Shown here piece by piece: positions 59,579 to 64,000 of a DNA stretch of 64,000 nucleotides. A program made the translations under genes and the position numbers. The notes beneath the pieces are model-generated. The model was given only the letters and a program-made list of their open reading frames with translations, searched no databases and was not told where the DNA came from. The DNA is taken from positions 21,159 to 85,158 of the forward strand of contig CALURL010000006.1 of the NCBI GenBank assembly GCA_944323155.1. The letters run 5' to 3'. The DNA comes from Candidatus Gastranaerophilales bacterium. Its GTDB lineage: Bacteria > Cyanobacteriota > Vampirovibrionia > Gastranaerophilales > Gastranaerophilaceae. Every line of letters starts with the position of its first letter. The stretch's first letter is position 1.

Positions 59579-61048
59579 ATGCGTTTAAATTATCTTGCAA
59601 ATGCAATAGGGTTAATAATGATATATATAGGAATAGTAATTCTTTCACCTATAGCAGTTGCGCTTTATTATAAGGAATATTCATCGGTTGTACCATTTGC
59701 AGCAGCAGCTTTAATCTCAATATTAACAGGATTAGCATTGAGAAAATTTGTAAAAGAAGCCTCACAGGTTGATAGTTTAAACGACATAAAAAAAGCTGAG
59801 GCACTGTTTATTGTAGCAGTTTCATGGATAGTATTCGGAATAATATCAGGCACACCATATTTATTTTATGGAATAAGCCCTGTTGATGCACTTTTTGAAT
59901 CAGTATCCGGTATAACAACAACAGGAGCTACTATTTTAACCAATTTTAATTATCCGCACGCGTTCTTTTTCTGGCGGGGATTAACCCAGTGGCTTGGAGG
60001 TTTAGGAATAATAGTATTGTTTATTGCGATATTACCGCAATTTGCAGTTGCCGGACGCCAGATGTTTTTTGCAGAAACTCCAGGGCCTACTGAAGACAAA
60101 TTCACTCCAAGAATAAGAAATACAGCCTCAGCACTGTGGAAAGTTTACGCAGGAATTACAATAGTACAAATAATTTTACTTGTAATAGCCGGTATGTCAG
60201 TTTTTGACGCGATTTGCAACGCATTTGGAACAATGGCGGCAGGCGGTTTTTCTCCTAACCCGCAAAGTATTATGGGGTATCATTCAAATTATATTACCTG
60301 GATAATTTTAATATTTATGTTCCTTGCAGGGGCAAGTTTTAACCTTCAATATAAGGCTATTGTTCAAAAAAATCCTTTTGTGCTATTTAAAAATGAAGAA
60401 TTCAGAACATATTTATCAGCAGTACTTTTTATGTCCGGTTTAATAGCAGTATCATTAGTCTTAAACCAACATTACAGCATATTTGCAGGTATAACCCACG
60501 CCCTTTATCAGGTAATAAGTATAGCGACATCAACAGGTTCTGCAAGCGTAGATTTTGCACAATGGGATTTCACATCAAAACTTCTTTTATACCTTGTAAT
60601 GTTTATGGGCTCATGCTCTAGTTCTGCAGGCGGCGGGATAAAAATGACAAGATGGATGATTGTTTTTAAATCAATGAAAAGCGAATTAATTAGGATTCTA
60701 CACCCGAATGCAATTATTAATATAAAAATAGACAATAAAACTGTTCCGCCAGAAGTTATAAGACAGATAGTTGTTTATGTATTTTTCTATTTTCTGGTAT
60801 TTGCAATTATTGCAGTATTAATAACATTACTTGAAAAAGATGCGGTAACAGGGCTTGCAAGCTCAATAACGTCTGTCGGAAATATAGGCCCTGGCTTTGG
60901 AAACGCAACAGGTCCAATGGGAAGTTTTGCAGGCATACATGTTTTTTCCAAAATTCTCATGATAATCGGAATGCTTGTCGGACGTTTGGAATTAATACCT
61001 TTCCTTGTAATGTTTCAGAGGGACTTCTGGTCTTTGAAAAGTAATTGA
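59579..61048 (+). CDS. trkH: TrkH family potassium transporter
   Basis: 489 aa multi-pass protein with repeated selectivity-like GxTTTG / STGSA / SAGGG / NIGPGFG motifs. Confidence 0.88.
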   Translation: MRLNYLANAIGLIMIYIGIVILSPIAVALYYKEYSSVVPFAAAALISILTGLALRKFVKEASQVDSLNDIKKAEALFIVAVSWIVFGIISGTPYLFYGISPVDALFESVSGITTTGATILTNFNYPHAFFFWRGLTQWLGGLGIIVLFIAILPQFAVAGRQMFFAETPGPTEDKFTPRIRNTASALWKVYAGITIVQIILLVIAGMSVFDAICNAFGTMAAGGFSPNPQSIMGYHSNYITWIILIFMFLAGASFNLQYKAIVQKNPFVLFKNEEFRTYLSAVLFMSGLIAVSLVLNQHYSIFAGITHALYQVISIATSTGSASVDFAQWDFTSKLLLYLVMFMGSCSSSAGGGIKMTRWMIVFKSMKSELIRILHPNAIINIKIDNKTVPPEVIRQIVVYVFFYFLVFAIIAVLITLLEKDAVTGLASSITSVGNIGPGFGNATGPMGSFAGIHVFSKILMIIGMLVGRLELIPFLVMFQRDFWSLKSN

Positions 61049-61137
61049 AAAATCTAATGTCAATATATGATTAAAATGAACTTTTAATATGATTTAATCG
61101 TTATAATAATATCTGAGATTATGAGGATTAATCATCA

Positions 61138-62595
61138 TTGAACTTACATATTAAAAAAAAATTTATAATATTGACACTTGTAATTACATTAGGTACAAAC
61201 TGCGTATATGCAGTAGAAAACATTAGTGTAGAAAAAAATGCGATTTTAAACATAAAGGATTGTATAGAACTTGCTCTGCATAACAGTCCATCAGTAAAAA
61301 AAGCCAAATATAATTACGGACTTGCAAAAAATAATGTAACAATTTCAAAATCCGCATACTTTCCGACAATAGGTGTTGGAACAGGCTATTATGCGACACA
61401 AAATGCAACAAGCAACAGCCTTATGCGAAACGGGAATATGAATTACTATTCAGCAGAAGCTTCTATCCAACAACTAATTTTCGACTTTGGGAAAACATTT
61501 GCTGATGTAAAAATGAACAAATTTAATATGATTACAGCAATGTATGAATTCGATTATACCGTACTTGAAACAATTTTCGGCGTAAAAACAAATTATTACG
61601 GAGTTCTCGCGGCAAAAGCCAGTGTTGATATTAACAAGGCAAATGTTCAAATTAACGAACGAAATTATCAGAGAACAAAAGCTTACTTTGAAGAAGGCAT
61701 AAAATCCAAAATTGATCTTGTTAATGCCGAAGTAAACTTGAGTGATTCAAAAGTTTCACTTGTTGATGCGCAAAAATCTTATCAGAATGCACTTGTGAAA
61801 TTGAACAACTCAATGTATATTGCATTTGCACCAGAATACGAAATTGAAAATACTGAAACCTTTAATTTTACAACAAATTACGCACCGGTAAACCTTGATA
61901 AAATTTCAGAATCAAAAGATATTAGTGCACCGCCCAAAGATGTAAGCAATGCATTTTTAACATCTGAAGTTCAAAAAATAGATGTTTTACAAGATTATAA
62001 ATTTGAGCCGTTTCCATATACTTTTGAAGAAGCAGTAAAAATCGCTTATAAAAATCGTCCAGATCTTAAGGCTTATGATTCAACACTGAATGCAATGAAA
62101 GAAGCGTTAAAATACACTAAACGTGCTTATCTTCCAGAATTGAGCGCCAGAGGCGGATACGGCTACAGAGATACAAATAACACAAATTCTTTCAATATAT
62201 CATTGAACTTATCAACAAGTCTGAATATTTTAAGCACAAAAAAAGAAATTGATAATGCAAAAATTCAGGTTGATATGGCACAAAACGAAATTGATTTAGC
62301 AAAACAAGATATCTACTTTGCAGTACAAGACGCTTATATTAATATGAAGCAACTGGAAAAACAAATTCCTTTGATAGCAGTTAAAGTAAAACAAACTCTT
62401 GAGAATTTTGAACTTGCAGACGGCCGCTATGCTGTAGGAATAGGCGACTATATCCAATTACAGGATGCAAAAGTTAATTACAATAACGCACAACACGAAT
62501 ACGTGCAAACAGTATATAATTACAATGTCGCCAGAGCAAATCTTGAAAAAGCAATGGCACTCCCTCAAGAAATTACAATGAACGTAGAGGATTAG
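61138..62595 (+). CDS. tolC: TolC family outer membrane efflux protein
   Basis: Signal peptide, two OEP repeats (typical ..AKAS.D.A...L...E.NY....F.EG...). TTG start. Confidence 0.82.
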   Translation: MNLHIKKKFIILTLVITLGTNCVYAVENISVEKNAILNIKDCIELALHNSPSVKKAKYNYGLAKNNVTISKSAYFPTIGVGTGYYATQNATSNSLMRNGNMNYYSAEASIQQLIFDFGKTFADVKMNKFNMITAMYEFDYTVLETIFGVKTNYYGVLAAKASVDINKANVQINERNYQRTKAYFEEGIKSKIDLVNAEVNLSDSKVSLVDAQKSYQNALVKLNNSMYIAFAPEYEIENTETFNFTTNYAPVNLDKISESKDISAPPKDVSNAFLTSEVQKIDVLQDYKFEPFPYTFEEAVKIAYKNRPDLKAYDSTLNAMKEALKYTKRAYLPELSARGGYGYRDTNNTNSFNISLNLSTSLNILSTKKEIDNAKIQVDMAQNEIDLAKQDIYFAVQDAYINMKQLEKQIPLIAVKVKQTLENFELADGRYAVGIGDYIQLQDAKVNYNNAQHEYVQTVYNYNVARANLEKAMALPQEITMNVED

Positions 62596-62599
62596 AAGA

Positions 62600-63757
62600 A
62601 TGAAAATACAAAAAAGATACTTAATACCAGCACTTATAATAATTGCGCTTATAATCGCAATTATTATGACAAAAATTTTAGGCAATAGAGTCAAATACCA
62701 GACCAAAAAGCTTGAACGCTGTACAATTACAGAAGTCGTCGAAGCCTCAGGAACAATTAATCCTGTAAATACCGTAAGTGTAGGTTCAACAGTATCAGGT
62801 CTAATTAAAGAAATCTACGTTGATTATAATGATGTTGTAAAAAAAGGACAAATTTTAGCACAAATTGACCCTGCAAACTTTGAAGCAACAGTTCAACAAA
62901 ATCAAGCACAAATAAACAATGCACAGGCAAACGTTGCAAAACTTCAGGCTGTTGCGGATTACGATAAAAAAATGTATCTAAGATACAAAAATCTTTATGC
63001 CAAAAACTTTGTAGCCAAAAGTGAACTTGATCAAATGTATAGTACATATATGTCAGATGTTGCACAAATAAATGCGGCAAAAGCACAAATTAATCAATAT
63101 CAAGCATCGCTGAAAACAGCATTAACAAACCTTGGCTACACAAAAATTATCGCACCTGTAGACGGAACTGTAATATCAAGAGAAATAGACTTAGGTTCAC
63201 CAGTTGCTGCAAGTTTTCAGGCACCTGAACTATTCACGATTGCGCAAGACCTTACTAAAATGCAAATAGAAGTAAGCGTCTCAGAAGCAGATATCGGACA
63301 GGTTGAAGAAGGACAGGACGTAACATACACCCTTGACGGCTATCCGGATAGCATCTTCACAGGAAAAGTAACTCAGGTAAGACTTTCTCCGACAACAGAA
63401 TCAAATGTTGTAACTTACACTGTAATTGTTGATGTTAATAATGAAGATCTAAAACTTAAACCCGGAATGACCGCAAACGTCTCAATTATAACAGACAAAA
63501 GTGAAAATGTTCTTTGTGCTCCCAATATTGCAATGAAGTTTACACCTGACATAAACGGTCCAAAATACAAAAATCAAGGAATTTGGATTTTACAAAAAGG
63601 TAAACCAAAACGAGTAGAAATAACAACCGGTGCAAACAATGATACTTCAACAGAAATTACATCTGATACAGTAAAAGAAGGCGATGAAGTTATTATCGGC
63701 ATTCGCGGCAAAAATAGCAAAAATCGTACAGGAAGGGCTCCGGTACCAAGGTTATAA
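62600..63757 (+). CDS. macA: Efflux periplasmic adaptor subunit (HlyD/MacA family)
   Basis: N-terminal anchor, GTINPVNTVSVGSTVSGLI lipoyl-like hairpin, coiled-coil Q-rich segment, IIAPVDGTVISRE. Confidence 0.82.
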   Translation: MKIQKRYLIPALIIIALIIAIIMTKILGNRVKYQTKKLERCTITEVVEASGTINPVNTVSVGSTVSGLIKEIYVDYNDVVKKGQILAQIDPANFEATVQQNQAQINNAQANVAKLQAVADYDKKMYLRYKNLYAKNFVAKSELDQMYSTYMSDVAQINAAKAQINQYQASLKTALTNLGYTKIIAPVDGTVISREIDLGSPVAASFQAPELFTIAQDLTKMQIEVSVSEADIGQVEEGQDVTYTLDGYPDSIFTGKVTQVRLSPTTESNVVTYTVIVDVNNEDLKLKPGMTANVSIITDKSENVLCAPNIAMKFTPDINGPKYKNQGIWILQKGKPKRVEITTGANNDTSTEITSDTVKEGDEVIIGIRGKNSKNRTGRAPVPRL

Positions 63758-63760
63758 ATT

Positions 63761-64000
63761 ATGAGTTTAATAGAAGTTAAAGATGCCATAAAAACATATC
63801 AAACAGGCGAGGACAGTTTTAATGCCCTAAACTGTGTTTCACTTTCTGTTGAAAAAGGTGAGTTTGTTGCGATAATGGGCGCTTCAGGTTCCGGCAAGTC
63901 TACATTTATGAATATGCTTGGGACATTGGATAAACCAAATTCCGGCAGCTATCATCTTGATGGCATTGATATGCTTTCACTGGACACAGATAGCCTCGCA
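63761..64000 (+). CDS. macB: ABC transporter ATP-binding protein (MacB/LolD-like), truncated by window edge
   Basis: My translation from ATG 63761 is MSLIEVKDAIKTYQTGEDSFNALNCVSLSVEKGEFVAIMGASGSGKSTFMNMLG.. (Walker A). Confidence 0.85.
   Translation, partial: MSLIEVKDAIKTYQTGEDSFNALNCVSLSVEKGEFVAIMGASGSGKSTFMNMLGTLDKPNSGSYHLDGIDMLSLDTDSLA

Overview
AT-rich (about one-third G+C by eye), gene-dense bacterial chromosome segment. Most of it is housekeeping: two PlsC-type acyltransferases; the dcw cluster murF-mraY-murD-ftsW-murG; rplU-rpmA; ilvC; a YhaM-like HD protein followed by two tandem dTMP-kinase paralogs; pyrG; gatC; two sigma-70 family factors; a prepilin peptidase; a ppiC-pepP-trmH-dnaA-ruvA string; tRNA-Gly(UCC); mscS; rlmH; folE2; a GH57 enzyme; a gltD-like oxidoreductase; mutS2; mtnP; trkA-trkH; and tolC-macA-macB. 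The TolC/MacAB genes indicate a diderm. YGGT, GH57 and a group-3 sigma factor are compatible with a non-photosynthetic cyanobacteria-related lineage such as Melainabacteria, but that guess has low confidence. The unusual content is a dispersed family of six prepilin-type (type IV pilin/pseudopilin-like) genes. Five share a conserved leader module of ATG, exactly 27 nt, then a G10-11 tract. Four of these are G10 and out of frame; one is G11 and in frame. The sixth has a decayed, inverted copy of the module. A GT8 glycosyltransferase carries an in-frame G11 tract. The G11 pilin-like gene is a giant cysteine-rich member broken by two more one-base frame deficits. It carries its own promoter and terminator and is bracketed by ~97-bp inverted repeats made of REP/MITE-like units. 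The same hairpin repeat brackets an unrelated 620-aa protein that has conserved helical ends and lacks a signal peptide. No CRISPR array, rRNA gene, transposase or recombinase was seen.
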